A stretch of DNA of 64,000 nucleotides from an uncultured Planctomycetota bacterium (GTDB lineage Bacteria; Planctomycetota; Planctomycetia; Pirellulales; Lacipirellulaceae), in the NCBI GenBank assembly GCA_963719315.1, contig CAVRBU010000001.1, positions 1-64,000 of the forward strand. The letters run 5' to 3'. A program made the position numbers and the translations under genes. This document shows, piece after piece, positions 10,051 through 21,922 of this stretch (position 1 is the stretch's first letter; each line of letters starts with the position of its first letter). The notes beneath the pieces are model-generated. The model saw nothing but the letters and a program-made list of their open reading frames with translations, was not told where the DNA came from and searched no databases.

Positions 10051-10973
10051 TTTGCGAAGCTGTTAGCCGGTAGCGTTTAGCCGCTCGCCTGATGTGCTTT
10101 GAGGGCCGGCTGGAGAGGAAGCCAGCTTTGGGCTTTTGGAGCACTGGTTTGGGGCGATGGTGCAAGAATGCTCTTGGGCTCGAAGATTCTTGACTTTCGA
10201 ACTTGGGATAACTTAACGGATCGCCGTAAGTCGTTCCGTCTGTTGCCGATACGTTTCGTCGACCAAGAGGGGTCCCACATTAGTCGTACAGAATTCCTGA
10301 GTTTTGTACGAGCGGTCGGCCTGCCGGTTCTTGTTTTTCCGCTTGAGTGCCGAGCGCCCACGATCAATATCGAACGACTTTAGGTTCGTTTCCATCGCAC
10401 CGCAGCGCACTCTTGGTGGATGGCCGGTCTCCGACATCTGCCGGCCATCCACAAATGACTTGGTTCCGAATTGCCAAAGAGCGGAAGATGCTACGCAGCG
10501 GCGAGCCAATTACTGGGCCGTTGCCGCAGTAGCATCCATTGAAACTCGACCAGCGTAGCAGAATGGGCGAACGATTTCAGCAAGTATTTTTGGCCGGGCT
10601 TTCTGCTCTTCGTCACTAAGCTTTGTCGCAAGACAAAGTTCTGTTTGCCGCGCGGGCCTTTGGCGTCGTCGCAATGTTCGCTGATTCGCGGAGGTCCCTT
10701 CCGGCAGAAGGGACCTAAAAGGCCATTCGATTGCCGTGTTGCGATTTGGCAACGCGTTGCGTGCCGATGTTGCGGCCCTTAAACGCGTCCGCCGGGGAAT
10801 TCGGTGTTGAGAAAAACCGTCAACGCTCGGAACCCGTTTGTGGGCAAGACTTTGACATTCGCGGTACGAGCTTTTCGACGGACTCATTCGCGGTGGGTAC
10901 GCTGCTTGCCCTGTGTGCAGTGCCACGACGACCACTTTCGACGATTCGATCGACATCTATTGAGACATTCGAC

Positions 10974-11977
10974 ATGGAAACAGTGACATTGCCGCCGGCG
11001 CCAAGTGCTCGCAGCGTTCGCAAACGGCCGCAACGCGCTCGTCGCATTCGAAAGGCGACGATCTTGGGCACGGGCACGTGTGTACCGGAGCGCGTGATCG
11101 ATAATGCATACTTCAGCCGCGAATTGGGCCTCGATACCACGCCCGAGTGGATTGAAAGCCGGATTGGAATCTTGCAGCGGCATTGGTCGGTCGAGGAATC
11201 TTCGACGGAGTTAGCCGTTGGCGCGGCGCGTGTGGCTCTCGAGCAAGCTCAGTTGAGCGCGGCGGATATCAACGTCGTCATCGTTGCCACTTGCACGCCT
11301 GATTTTACGATGCCTTCGACTGCGTGTCTGGTTCAACACGAGTTGGGGGCCGAACGGGCGATGGCGTTCGACATCGTCAATGCTTGTTCAGGGTTTGTCT
11401 ACGCGCTGGACGCTGCCAGCCGCTATTTGCAGGGCGGCGATTTGCTCAATGCGTTGGTGATCGGCGTCGATCGTGGTAGCCGGCTCGTCGATCCGAGCGA
11501 TCGCCGCACGAGCGTGTTTTTTGGGGACGGCGCTGGGGCGGCCGTCGTTAGTGGCCGCGGCGCGGGCGCGTGTTGGCCACGAAAATGTATTCACGCGGCA
11601 CGAGCGAGCCGTTGTTCGCGCCGGTCGGCGGGCCGATGACGATGGATGGCAAAGCAGTGTGGAACTTCGCGACCGAGGTGTTGCCGTCGACCGTGCGTGA
11701 ATTGTGCGACACGGCGGGCGTGGCGATCCACGAAATCAAGCTGCTCGTGCCGCATCAAGCGAACCGAAACATCTTGGCAGCATCGGCCGAGAAACTAGGT
11801 CTGCCATTTGATCGTGTGGCTCTCAATATCGACCGCTACGGCAACACGCTGGCGGCCAGTATTCCGATCGCACTCCACGAGGCGTTGGCTGCCGGCCAGG
11901 CAGAGCCCGGCGATATCGTCGCCCTGGTGGGTTTCGGAGCGGGGCTGGCTTGGGGCGGCTTGCTGGTTCAACTGTAA
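10974..11977 (+). CDS. fabH: 3-oxoacyl-ACP synthase III family (indel near 11568)
   Basis: NACSGF, FGDGAGA, PHQAN, YGNT, GFGAGL across two frames. Confidence 0.9.
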
Positions 11978-12038
11978 TCGCGCGGCGGAATCGCCGATCG
12001 CTCATTTTCGGATCAAGAATCTTTGCTGGAGGTTTTTC

Positions 12039-12761
12039 ATGTCATTCCCCTCGGTTGCAGCACGAGTCAATATTTTTCATCGATTGAGCGCATTCCGCGA
12101 GCGATATGGTACGACCGGCGCGATCTACAAAGCGGCGGACGTCGTGCTTCACAAGGTTTTTCGGGCCTCCGTTCATACGGTCGTGTGGCTGGAGCTGAAA
12201 TCGGTCGAACAGATGGCTTGCTCGGATCCGCAATTCACTTTCCGATATTTGACGGCCGATGAAGTCGAGAAGTTCGCCGAGGATCCGAGTTACTACATCG
12301 ACCCGTCGTTGGCCGACGGCGTGCGGAGTGGAAACGAAGTGTGCTTTGCGGCGTTGGCCGGCGATCGACTGGCCGCGTTCGGCTGCTACACGCTGGGCTT
12401 CGTTCGACCGGAACAATGCGCGGGAGCGGCGTTGTCGTTTCCGTCCGATGTGGCGTACATGTCGTACGGCTTCACGCACCCCGATTTCCGCGGCGCCCGC
12501 TTGCACGGGCTCAACATGGGTTTGGCGCTGCAACAGCTTGCCGAACGGGGCGTGACAAAACTGGTATCTATCGTGGCGTGGACGAACTGGGCATCGCTCA
12601 AGAGCTGCTATCGCCTCGGCTACGTCAACCTGGGCAACATGACCACAATTGGCGGCAAGAAGCACGCGATTGGGTTTTACCCCCGGGCAGCTCAAAAGTT
12701 GGGCGTGCGGTTTGGCTGGAAAGCGGTACGGCCAACCGATCTCGGCACCGCCGGGAAGTAA
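12039..12761 (+). CDS. GNAT-family N-acyltransferase
   Basis: FTHPDFRGARL motif A-like, N.ASLK..RLGY; GGAGG RBS. Confidence 0.75.
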   Translation: MSFPSVAARVNIFHRLSAFRERYGTTGAIYKAADVVLHKVFRASVHTVVWLELKSVEQMACSDPQFTFRYLTADEVEKFAEDPSYYIDPSLADGVRSGNEVCFAALAGDRLAAFGCYTLGFVRPEQCAGAALSFPSDVAYMSYGFTHPDFRGARLHGLNMGLALQQLAERGVTKLVSIVAWTNWASLKSCYRLGYVNLGNMTTIGGKKHAIGFYPRAAQKLGVRFGWKAVRPTDLGTAGK

Positions 12762-13005
12762 AGCGGGGGCTTAAGCAAGTTCGTACCGAGTGTTCGGCGC
12801 TTGAATCTACGTTCGATGGGCCGGTGGAAAACCGCGTAAAGTTCTAGCGGCAGGCTCGAATCGCTGCATCGCACGCGAAGTTCTCATCAAATCGTCGGCC
12901 GCTCGATTGGTTTGGTGTGCCCCCGTGGTACAATTCCAGTTGGGTGCGTCCCATCGAATAGCGCGCTTTTGGGTCGCAGGTCCATGGCGTTTGGGGTCTC
13001 GTGCG

Positions 13006-14775
13006 ATGTTGAATTTGCCGATCGTGCGGCGGACGGCCGCGATACTCATATCGCTTTTGTCGCTTGTTGCTGCGGCACATGCCGACGAGCGTAAGGCGAC
13101 GGAAATCTTGCCGCCGAGCACCGTGATCTTCGCGGAAATTCGCCAGCCAGAGCGCGTGGTGGCTGCGGTTTACGAGGATGACCTCGTTCGAAGGATCGAG
13201 GCGCTCGAACCGGTTCGCGCCGCGATGGAGAAGAAGCCGTACCTCGATTTCAAAGCGGGCGTTGCGATTGTGGAATCGCAGATGGGGCTGCCCTGGCGGA
13301 AAATCGTGGAGCAAGCGCTGGGTGGCGGAGTTACTTTTGCCGTGGATGCAAAAACTCAGGGAGCGGCAATTCTGGCTCGCGCAAGTGATGAGGCCATTCA
13401 CTCCAAGTTGCTCGAAACACTGGCCAATCTGGCCCGTCTTGATGCCAAGAGTAAAGACAAGCCCGATCCAGTAAAAATGCTCGACTATCGCGGGATCAGA
13501 GTCTACGCAGCGGACAAGAACAAACTCGCCGTTGTGGGTGAATGGCTCGTGATAACGAACAACGACGATCTGGGCAAACAAATCATTGATCGTTATCTCG
13601 ATAAAGCAGCGCAGACGCTCGCCGCTGACGCTCAATTTGCCAAAGCCTACGAAGCCGCCTCCACAACATCGACCGCGTGGGCGTACGTGAACGCGACCGC
13701 TCTCCGCGATGCAGGAGTGGCCAAGAAGTTATTGGGCGGACAGGCTGAAAACCCGCTGGCTGAATTGTTCTTTGGAGGAATTCTTACGGCCCTGCATCAG
13801 ACGCCCTATGTGACCATTGGTCTCAATGGGGCCGATCGACACATCCACGTGACGGCCTCCGCGCCTTACGATCCTAAGTGGGCAAAAGACTTGCGCGAGT
13901 ATTATTTCGGTCCCGAGGGCAAGGGCGTAGCGCCTACGCAACTGGCTGTCGATGACACGATCCTGACACTGAGCAGCTATCGCAACGTCTCCGGAATGTG
14001 GGTCCGGGCCGGCGATCTGTTCAATGAGCAAATGAACGAAGAGCTTGCGAAAGCGGATAGTGGCCTCACGACGCTGTTCGGCGGCAAGGATTTTGGCGAA
14101 GATATCCTGGGCGCGATCCGGCCGGAGGTTCGCGTCGTCGTTGCCCGGCAGCGGTTCGTTGAGGGGCAGCCTGTTCCGGCCATCAAGCTGCCGGCGTTCG
14201 GTCTGGTGGCCGAGTTGAAAGATCCAGCGAAAATGCAGCCGGAGCTGCGCCGCACGTTTCAAAGTGCGATCGGCTTTTTGAACATCGTGGGAGCCACGAA
14301 CGGCCAGCCGCAGCTTGATTTGGATATGGAAAAGACAGACGCCGCGCAGTTCGTGACGGCGAGTTATATCGCTGACCCCGGCGGTAACGGCGCGCAGGCC
14401 GCGAAGATCAACTACAACTTTTCGCCTTCGATTGCGTTTTCGGGGAACCGATTCATCGTAGCCAGCACCAAGGAGTTTGCGCATGCTTTGACTTCTGCGA
14501 ACGCAAGCGAACGGGTCGGCGGCAATGAGAAACGCGTCGTCAACACGGATGCGGTCGTCCAATTCGATGCGCTACGCGAAACGCTGGCTGACAACCGCGG
14601 GCAGCTTGTCGCACAAAACATGCTCAAAGAAGGGCATACCAAGGAGGAGGCGGAGAGGGACATCGGCCTGTTGTTGGAATTGGTCGGCTGGCTCGATCAC
14701 CTGGCCTTTTCCATGGACACGACGCCAAGCGAGTTGCGGCTGTCGCTGGACCTGGCCATGAAACCGGCAGGCTAA
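13006..14775 (+). CDS. Secreted DUF3352-like protein
   Basis: Signal peptide, ILPPSTVIFAEI start, position upstream of DUF1800/DUF1501. Confidence 0.6.
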   Translation: MLNLPIVRRTAAILISLLSLVAAAHADERKATEILPPSTVIFAEIRQPERVVAAVYEDDLVRRIEALEPVRAAMEKKPYLDFKAGVAIVESQMGLPWRKIVEQALGGGVTFAVDAKTQGAAILARASDEAIHSKLLETLANLARLDAKSKDKPDPVKMLDYRGIRVYAADKNKLAVVGEWLVITNNDDLGKQIIDRYLDKAAQTLAADAQFAKAYEAASTTSTAWAYVNATALRDAGVAKKLLGGQAENPLAELFFGGILTALHQTPYVTIGLNGADRHIHVTASAPYDPKWAKDLREYYFGPEGKGVAPTQLAVDDTILTLSSYRNVSGMWVRAGDLFNEQMNEELAKADSGLTTLFGGKDFGEDILGAIRPEVRVVVARQRFVEGQPVPAIKLPAFGLVAELKDPAKMQPELRRTFQSAIGFLNIVGATNGQPQLDLDMEKTDAAQFVTASYIADPGGNGAQAAKINYNFSPSIAFSGNRFIVASTKEFAHALTSANASERVGGNEKRVVNTDAVVQFDALRETLADNRGQLVAQNMLKEGHTKEEAERDIGLLLELVGWLDHLAFSMDTTPSELRLSLDLAMKPAG

Positions 14776-14783
14776 GAGGGAGA

Positions 14784-16157
14784 GTGTCGATGCCTCCGGC
14801 ACAAGATACGATCGATCCATCGTGGGCGTGGCAGCCGTTTGAGCCCGACCCCAAGCGTGAATGGAATCAGTCGTTGGCGGCTCATCTTTTCCGCCGGGCC
14901 GCGTTCGGAGCCACGGCGGCGCAGCTCGATGCCGCGGCAATGCAGGAGCCGGCGGTCGTTGTCGAGCAGATCTTGCGCGGGCCAGACGAGGCCGACGGCG
15001 TTAATCGGCAAAGCGACGAACTGGCGAACTCGATACTTTCAACAGGCGACCCTCGGCAACTTGCGGCCTGGTGGGTGTACGAAATGCTCGCCACGTCGAA
15101 TCCGCTGGTCGAGCGGATGACGCTGTTCTGGCACGGCCACTTCGCCACGAGCGCCGAAAAAGTGACCGATGTGAATTTGTTGCTGCAACAGAATCGACTT
15201 CTGCGCCAATTCGCTCTGGGCGATTTTCGGCCGCTCGTGCAAGCGATCTCACGCGACCCCGCGATGCTCATCTATCTCGATTCGGCGACCAATCGCAAGG
15301 CCCATCCCAACGAGAACTACGCCCGCGAGTTGATGGAGCTGTTTTGCCTCGGCGAAGGCAATTATTCCGAACACGACGTACGGGAATTGGCGCGATGTTT
15401 TACCGGCTGGGAAATCAAGTTGGGGAAGTTTCGCTTCAACCGCTTTCAACACGATGCGGGCTCGAAAACGGTGCTGGGCAAAACCGGCCCTTTCGAGGAG
15501 GGCGCTGCGATCGATTGGATTCTCGAACAGCCGCAGGCGGCGCGGTTTATCGTCGGCAAACTATACCGCCAGTTCGTCTGTGATGAACCTGAACCGCCGC
15601 CGCAACTTCTCGAACCGCTCGCAGTCGAGTTGCAAGAACGCGATTGGCAGATCGGCCCAATCGTCCAGCGCATCCTCGGCAGCCAGCTCTTTTTTTCCGA
15701 ACATGCGGTGGGCCGCAAAGTGCGGTCGCCCGTGGATTTGGCCGTCGGATTACTGCGATCGCTCGAGGGGACCACGAATGCTCACGAATTGGCGGCCGAA
15801 TTGCAACAGAATGGACAAGGCTTATTCTATCCGCCGAACGTCAAGGGATGGGACGGCGGACGCGCCTGGATCAATTCGTCCACCATCCTGGGCCGGGCGA
15901 ATATGATGGCCCGGGTCATCGGCGATGGAAAAACGCGATTTGGCGGCGGTAAATTGGACGAGTATTTCGCGAGAATGGGCGCCGACAAACCGGCTCAGGT
16001 CGTTGATACGCTTGCCGATTTGCTGCTTGCCGTGCCACTTGCGCCCTCGTCGCGCGAAAGTTTGATCGCGATTTGCGGCCAAAAGTCCGATCGAGCGCGC
16101 GGCATCGGCGATGCTATCAGCGCACTGGCGGCGCTGCCGGCGTATCAGTTAGGTTGA
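14784..16157 (+). CDS. DUF1800 family protein
   Basis: AAHLFRRAAFG, ERMTLFWHGHF, PNENYARELMELF, PPNVKGW. Confidence 0.93.
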   Translation: MSMPPAQDTIDPSWAWQPFEPDPKREWNQSLAAHLFRRAAFGATAAQLDAAAMQEPAVVVEQILRGPDEADGVNRQSDELANSILSTGDPRQLAAWWVYEMLATSNPLVERMTLFWHGHFATSAEKVTDVNLLLQQNRLLRQFALGDFRPLVQAISRDPAMLIYLDSATNRKAHPNENYARELMELFCLGEGNYSEHDVRELARCFTGWEIKLGKFRFNRFQHDAGSKTVLGKTGPFEEGAAIDWILEQPQAARFIVGKLYRQFVCDEPEPPPQLLEPLAVELQERDWQIGPIVQRILGSQLFFSEHAVGRKVRSPVDLAVGLLRSLEGTTNAHELAAELQQNGQGLFYPPNVKGWDGGRAWINSSTILGRANMMARVIGDGKTRFGGGKLDEYFARMGADKPAQVVDTLADLLLAVPLAPSSRESLIAICGQKSDRARGIGDAISALAALPAYQLG

Positions 16158-16182
16158 GTGTCGAATCGGCAGGAGAGTTACC

Positions 16183-17416
16183 ATGAACGCCTCGCGACGA
16201 AAGTTCTTGGCTACGTTGGCCGGCGGTTCCGCGGTCGTTTCATTGAGCGGGCCGCTCCCAAAATTTCTGGCCCAGGCCGCCGCAAGTGAACCGGCGGGCG
16301 GCAAAGACACGATCCTCGTGGTCGTGCAATTGACGGGCGGCAACGACGGCTTGAACACCGTGGTACCGTACAGCCATGAGTTGTATCGCAAGGCCCGTCC
16401 GAAATTAGCGATTCCGGCCGACGAAGTGCATAAGATTAACGACGCGATCGGCCTGCATCCATCGGCGCGCGGCCTATCGGAATTGTTGGAAGCCGGGAAA
16501 CTGGCCATCGTCCAAGGTGTTGGCTATCCCAACCCAAATCGATCCCATTTCGAATCGATGGATGTTTGGCACACGTGCCGGCGGAAGGACAGCCCGCGCT
16601 CGACGGGTTGGCTGGGGCGCTTTTGCGATGCATCGCACAAATCATCGGACATCGACGCGCCGGCTATCCACATCGGTTCGGAAAAGCAGCCGTTGGCACT
16701 CGCCGCCGAAAATGTGCGAGTTCCGTCCTTTGCATCGCCGGAATCGTTTCGGCTGCACGAAGGGGACAGTCGGCAACTTGGCGACGCCATTCGTAAATTG
16801 GCGAGCCAAAATACAGAACCCTCGGATCCTCTTCTGGGCTTTGTTCAATCGAGCACGACTTCGGCCCTGGCGACAAGTGACCGCATCACGGAAGCGCTCC
16901 GCGACTACCGAACGCCCGTCGAGTATCCGGAGAGCGCGCTCGCCCAGCGGTTGAAGACAGTCGCCCAATTGATCGACGCCGACCTGAAGACGCGCATTTA
17001 CTACGTTGAGTTGGATGGGTTCGACACCCATTCTCAGCAACGCGCGGCCCATGCGGCCTTATTGCAGCAATTTGGCGGCGCGGTGGCAGCCTTCGTCAAA
17101 GATGTCGCCCACCACGGCCACGGGGACCGCACGCTGCTCGTGTCGTTCAGCGAATTCGGCCGACGGGTCGCGGAAAACGCGAGTGAAGGGACCGACCACG
17201 GCGCCGCCGCTCCGATGTTTCTGGCTGGCTCGCGCGTGCGCGGGGTTAGTCGGCGAGCATCCGAGTCTCGACGATCTGGAAGACGGCGACGTCAAGTTTC
17301 ACACGGACTTCCGACAAGTATACGCGACGCTGCTCGAACGCTGGCTCGGTTGGTCCGCCAAATCGGTGCTCGACGGCGATTTTCAGCCGATCGACATGCT
17401 CAGCGCCCGGGCGTAA
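16183..17416 (+). CDS. DUF1501 family protein with Tat signal (indel near 17241)
   Basis: SRRKFL, GGNDGLNT, NRSHF, GFDTH, SEFGRR, GTDHG, DFRQVYATLL. Confidence 0.93.
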
Positions 17417-17419
17417 CGC

Positions 17420-19173
17420 TCATCCCGAACCGGGAACCATGTTTGGAATCCAGTACGCTTGAACGAGGGTCAAGAGGCCGACCAGACTTGCCAGCACGAT
17501 GCTGTGCCAGAATACGAACCGCAGAATTTGTCCCTCGCCGCCTTGCTGACCCGTAGCGGCCGAAGCAACGACGATGCTCTGGGCGTCGATCATCTTACCC
17601 ATAACGCCGCCCGTGCTGTTGGCCGCGCAAATCAGGATTGGATTGAGCCCCAGCCGCTCTGCCGTAATCCGTTGCAAGTTTCCAAACAGAGCGTTGCTCG
17701 AGGTATCGCTGCCGGTGAGCGCGACGCCGAGCCAACCCAACATCGCCGCGAAGAAAGGGTAGAGCGCGCCCGTTCGAGTAAAGGCCAGGCCAAGCGTCAC
17801 ATCGCTGCCGCTGTATTGAGTGACGTAAGCGATGGCCAGCATCGCCGCAATCGTGAACAGCGAACTGCCCAATCGATTGAGCGTTTGCAGCAACGCGCGG
17901 CCAAATCGGTAGGGCGAAATTCTTAGCCAGAAAGCCGAAATGATCGCGGCCACGAAAATACCGGTGCCGGTCGCGCTGAGCCAATTGAAGCGAAACTCGG
18001 CCGACTTCGGCTTGGGCTCTCCGCCGATGATCGACACATCGGGTTGCACCACGCCGTGCAGACGCGGCACCAACCATCGCCGCTCGCTGATGCCACGGAG
18101 CATGTTGGGGCGTTCCCACCAAACCTGTTCGGCCGCATGCATCGTCGGCGTGGGCTGGCCCGTGGCCGACTTGCCGCCGTCGAGCAGCGTGCGAAATTGT
18201 GGAATGCCCCACAAAAAGACGCACGCCGATAGAATTGCCCACGGGACCCAGGCGCGTGCCGTCTCGCGCCGCGAGTATCGTGGTGTGCTCTGTTGCAAGC
18301 TGGATCGCGCCGACGCATCAACGCGCTCTTCGGCGAAGTGCCACACCGCGCTTGGCCGCCACACTCTCAGTAAAGCCACTAACGCGAGCATCGAGGCCAC
18401 GCCCCCCAGCACGTCGGTCAGCGACGGCCCTAAGAAGTTCGAAACGAGAAACTGAACCGTGGCAAACGTGCCGCCGCACACGACCACCGCCGGCCACACG
18501 CCGCGCAGGCCCTTCCACCCCGACATCGTGCAAACCATCCAGGCCGGTATGATCAACGAGAATAGCGGCAATTGCCTTCCGGCCATCGCCGACAATTGCA
18601 TTTCCGGCAGCCCCGTCACTTTGGCCAGCGTGATGATCGGCGTGCCCAACGCGCCGAACGCGACGGGCGCGGTGTTGGCGATGAGCGTCAGCCCAGCCGC
18701 GTACAGCGGTGGGAAGCCGGCGCCCATCAGTAGCGCGCCGAAATCGCCACCGGCGTGCCGAATCCGGCCGCGCCTTCTAAAAACGCGCCGAAGCCGAACG
18801 CAATCAAAAGTGCTTGCAACCGTCGATCGGGCGAAATCGCCACGACCGATGCTTTCACCGTTTCGAACGCCCCGGCTTCGACGGTGAGGATATACAGAAA
18901 CACTGCCGTGAAAACAATCCATCCGATCGGAAACAGGCCGAAACACGCGCCAAAGCCAGCCGAAGCGACGGACGATTGCCACGGCATACCGTAGATGCCG
19001 ATCGCCACGGCGAGCGCAGTCAGCAGACCGGCCGCGGCGGCGCACGGCGCCGACCATCCGGCTAGCGCCAATGCACCGAGAAGCACCACGACCGGCGCTG
19101 CAGCCGCAAGTGTCGATAAGAATTCGGAGCCGGTCGGATTGTAGGTTTGGGTCCAGATCACCGGGCGGCGCAA
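17420..19173 (-). CDS. lctP: L-lactate permease (indel near 18740)
   Basis: FGAFLEGAAGFGTPVAI, ANTAPVAFGALGTP, GSDTSSNALFG, GKMIDAQSI. Confidence 0.93.
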
Positions 19174-19229
19174 ATGGGTCCGAGTGCTATCAATATGAAG
19201 CTATCTCGTTTTCCGAAAGGTCGCAAGAA

Positions 19230-20780
19230 TCAATTGCCGCGAACTTCCGCCATGTGTGGAGTCACCAATTGCGGCCGGGCAGTCTCGCCTTCCATCTTTG
19301 TCGGCAGTTGAAATACGCGGCCCTTCATGTCGCAGAAATAGAGGTGCGATACGGATGGCTTCCGCGCGTTGCCGTCCGCCCAGAGGGCCGCGAAATCGGG
19401 ATGCGCATTCACCGGCCGGCGGGCATAGCTGTGATTGAGTTCGCTGCCGGCCGTAAGCTGCTTGTCGATCCGCCAGGTGGCGCCCTGGTCGGAGCTGATC
19501 CAAACCACCATTTCGCCACCCGTTCCGAACGGCTGCGGTCCAGGTTCCGTGGGGCCGATGATGCGCCACGTGCCGTCGTCGTCGAACGACAGTGACGCCG
19601 AATCGTAATTGTGATCCGTGGTCGTCACCGTGTGAAAGCTCCAATCCTTCCCGGTCCAGCGCACGACGCAGAGAGGTCGCTCGCCGTTGGACGGCACCGG
19701 CTCGAAGCCGCGGCTCGTTGAGTAGACCAGCACGGGCCGGCCATCGCGATCGAATTGCAAGTCTTTGATGTATACCAGTAGGCCTTCGGATTGGTAATCG
19801 CGAACCAGCGCCGGGTTGTTGGCCGTTTTCAGGGGCACTTCCAGCGGTTGGCCGGCTGCCGTGTGCCAGCTTTGTCCATTGTCTTCGGATTCTATGTAGT
19901 ACAGGTTGGTCCGCCCGTTGAGGCCCTTTCCTCGCGGATGCATGTTGAGCATGGTCGCCAGCTTGCCGTGCCCGGCGGCGCCGATTTGATAGTGTCCCTG
20001 CTGGATGGCGGCCAGTCGTTTGAATTCGGACCAATGGACGCCATCCGCGCTGGACATAAAGCAGGCCGTGCGGTCGACCGGATAGTGGTAGCGGGTAAAG
20101 ATGGCGCGAAACCCGGCGTCGCGATCGTAAAAGATTTGGAAATAGGAAAAGTTATCGACGGGCGTCTCGTGATCGCCTTCGCGGTGCACGGCCGGAACGC
20201 GTTCGAATTCGTCGATTTCATACGGTTTCTTGCTGCGATGAATGTACGCCGGTCGGCTGAGACCATGGGCCGTAGAAAAAATCCAAACGTAGCCTTCCTT
20301 ATCAACCGCCATCACCGGGTTGTCGTGGGCATCGTTCGTGTGTTTGTTGAGCAGTAATGTTGGCCGCGGCACGGTCCCCGTGTTGTGGTCGAAATAGGAG
20401 ACGATGTGCAGCAGTTGCCGGCTGTCGCCAGCCGGCGCCCCGCCGTAGCAGAAGAACGTTTTGTTCACATCCGGGCAATAAACGGCGAACGGGCTGTGAT
20501 AATCGCAGTAGGTTCCCAATCCGCCGCTGTACTTGTATTTGTACTCGTTGTTAACTGGCTCGTTCATATACCAAATGCCGCGATAGCCATCGGCCTTTTG
20601 ATTGAGAGCGACTCGGCCAGCCGGCGTAGATTTCGGGTGGATCGGAGGCTGGGGTGCGTCCGCCGCGCCGGCCGAGACGCCTACTACGCAGACCAAACTC
20701 AGAGCCGCGAAGGCGGTATTCCGTGGTCGGGCGGTCGTCGGAGATGCGCGCCCCTGCATTTTGGGTATAAGATTCCGCAT
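19230..20780 (-). CDS. Secreted BNR-repeat (BNR_4-like) beta-propeller protein
   Basis: Asp-boxes SADGVHW, SEDNGQSW, SSDQGATW; DAHDNP; start uncertain. Confidence 0.75.
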   Translation of the reverse strand: MRNLIPKMQGRASPTTARPRNTAFAALSLVCVVGVSAGAADAPQPPIHPKSTPAGRVALNQKADGYRGIWYMNEPVNNEYKYKYSGGLGTYCDYHSPFAVYCPDVNKTFFCYGGAPAGDSRQLLHIVSYFDHNTGTVPRPTLLLNKHTNDAHDNPVMAVDKEGYVWIFSTAHGLSRPAYIHRSKKPYEIDEFERVPAVHREGDHETPVDNFSYFQIFYDRDAGFRAIFTRYHYPVDRTACFMSSADGVHWSEFKRLAAIQQGHYQIGAAGHGKLATMLNMHPRGKGLNGRTNLYYIESEDNGQSWHTAAGQPLEVPLKTANNPALVRDYQSEGLLVYIKDLQFDRDGRPVLVYSTSRGFEPVPSNGERPLCVVRWTGKDWSFHTVTTTDHNYDSASLSFDDDGTWRIIGPTEPGPQPFGTGGEMVVWISSDQGATWRIDKQLTAGSELNHSYARRPVNAHPDFAALWADGNARKPSVSHLYFCDMKGRVFQLPTKMEGETARPQLVTPHMAEVRGN

Positions 20781-20935
20781 GATTTCTGCCTGAGATCTGC
20801 TTTGTATTCTAGCCGTCGCGGCCAACGTATTAACAGGACTCGAACCGCGGAATACGATGGGGGCATGTAATCGTTCGGTTCTCAGCCTCATTAATGTTTT
20901 GCTCAACGATCTTGAACTTCATTGAAAGTGCGACC

Positions 20936-21811
20936 ATGAAAGCTGCAAACGCATTGATAACCGGCATCTTGTACATCGCGATTACCAACAGCGGCACGCT
21001 GGCCAGAGCGGCAGACGCGGGGATCGGCCCCGATTTCAAGGGACCGATCGGTCTTCAACTTTACAGTTTGCGAGATCAATTTGCCAAGGACGTGCCGGGG
21101 ACGCTCGACCTGGTGCGCGACATGGGCTTCAAGAATGTCGAGCTGGCGGGAACGTATAAACTAACGCCCGAACAATTCAAGTCCGAGCTTGATGCCCGCG
21201 GCCTGAAGGCCATCAGCGGCCATTTTCCGTTTGAGCGATTTCGCGATGACGTCGAAGGCATCGCGCGCGAAGCGAAAGCCCTCGGCCTGCAATACGCGGG
21301 CTGCGCATGGATTACCCACAGTGGTCCGTTTGACGAAAAGAGCTGCCGCGAAGCGATCCGAGTATTCAACACGGCCGGCGAGGCGCTGGCGAAGCACGGA
21401 ATCAAGCTCTTCTACCATACGCACGGTTTCGAATTTCAGCCGTTTGGGTCCGGGACGCTATTCGATCTGCTGATGACGGAAACCAAACCGGAGTACGTCA
21501 CTTACGAAATGGATATCTTCTGGGTCGTACACGGCGGACAAAACCCGGCGACGCTGTTCGACAAATACGGCGATCGATTCTCGCTCGTCCACCTCAAGGA
21601 TATGAGGCAAGGAACGCCGATCAATTTGCTCACGGGCAGCTCCGACGTGAAGAATGACGTGGCGATGGGTCAGGGCCAAATCGATTATCGGCGGGCGCTC
21701 CCCGCCGCCAAAAAAGCCGGTGTGAAGTGGTACTTCATTGAAGACGAATCACCCACGAGCGAACAACAGATTCCGCAGAGCCTGCGGTATCTCGAGCGCG
21801 TCACGTGGTGA
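20936..21811 (+). CDS. Sugar phosphate isomerase/epimerase (xylose isomerase-like TIM barrel)
   Basis: [34 protein letters not shown]. Confidence 0.9.
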   Translation: MKAANALITGILYIAITNSGTLARAADAGIGPDFKGPIGLQLYSLRDQFAKDVPGTLDLVRDMGFKNVELAGTYKLTPEQFKSELDARGLKAISGHFPFERFRDDVEGIAREAKALGLQYAGCAWITHSGPFDEKSCREAIRVFNTAGEALAKHGIKLFYHTHGFEFQPFGSGTLFDLLMTETKPEYVTYEMDIFWVVHGGQNPATLFDKYGDRFSLVHLKDMRQGTPINLLTGSSDVKNDVAMGQGQIDYRRALPAAKKAGVKWYFIEDESPTSEQQIPQSLRYLERVTW

Positions 21812-21922
21812 CTTTCGCCTGGCTTTTCTGGCTGCTGGATTTTCGCTCGAGCCTCGGACACAATCGATCTCGGCACAAATCGCACACTTCGCAATCTACA
21901 TAGGCAATTATGGAGTCGGACA

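Noticed and set aside
10051..10970. Integrase remnant or attR after tRNA-Arg
   Set aside because: No recognisable recombinase motifs and no duplicated tRNA 3' end seen in the window
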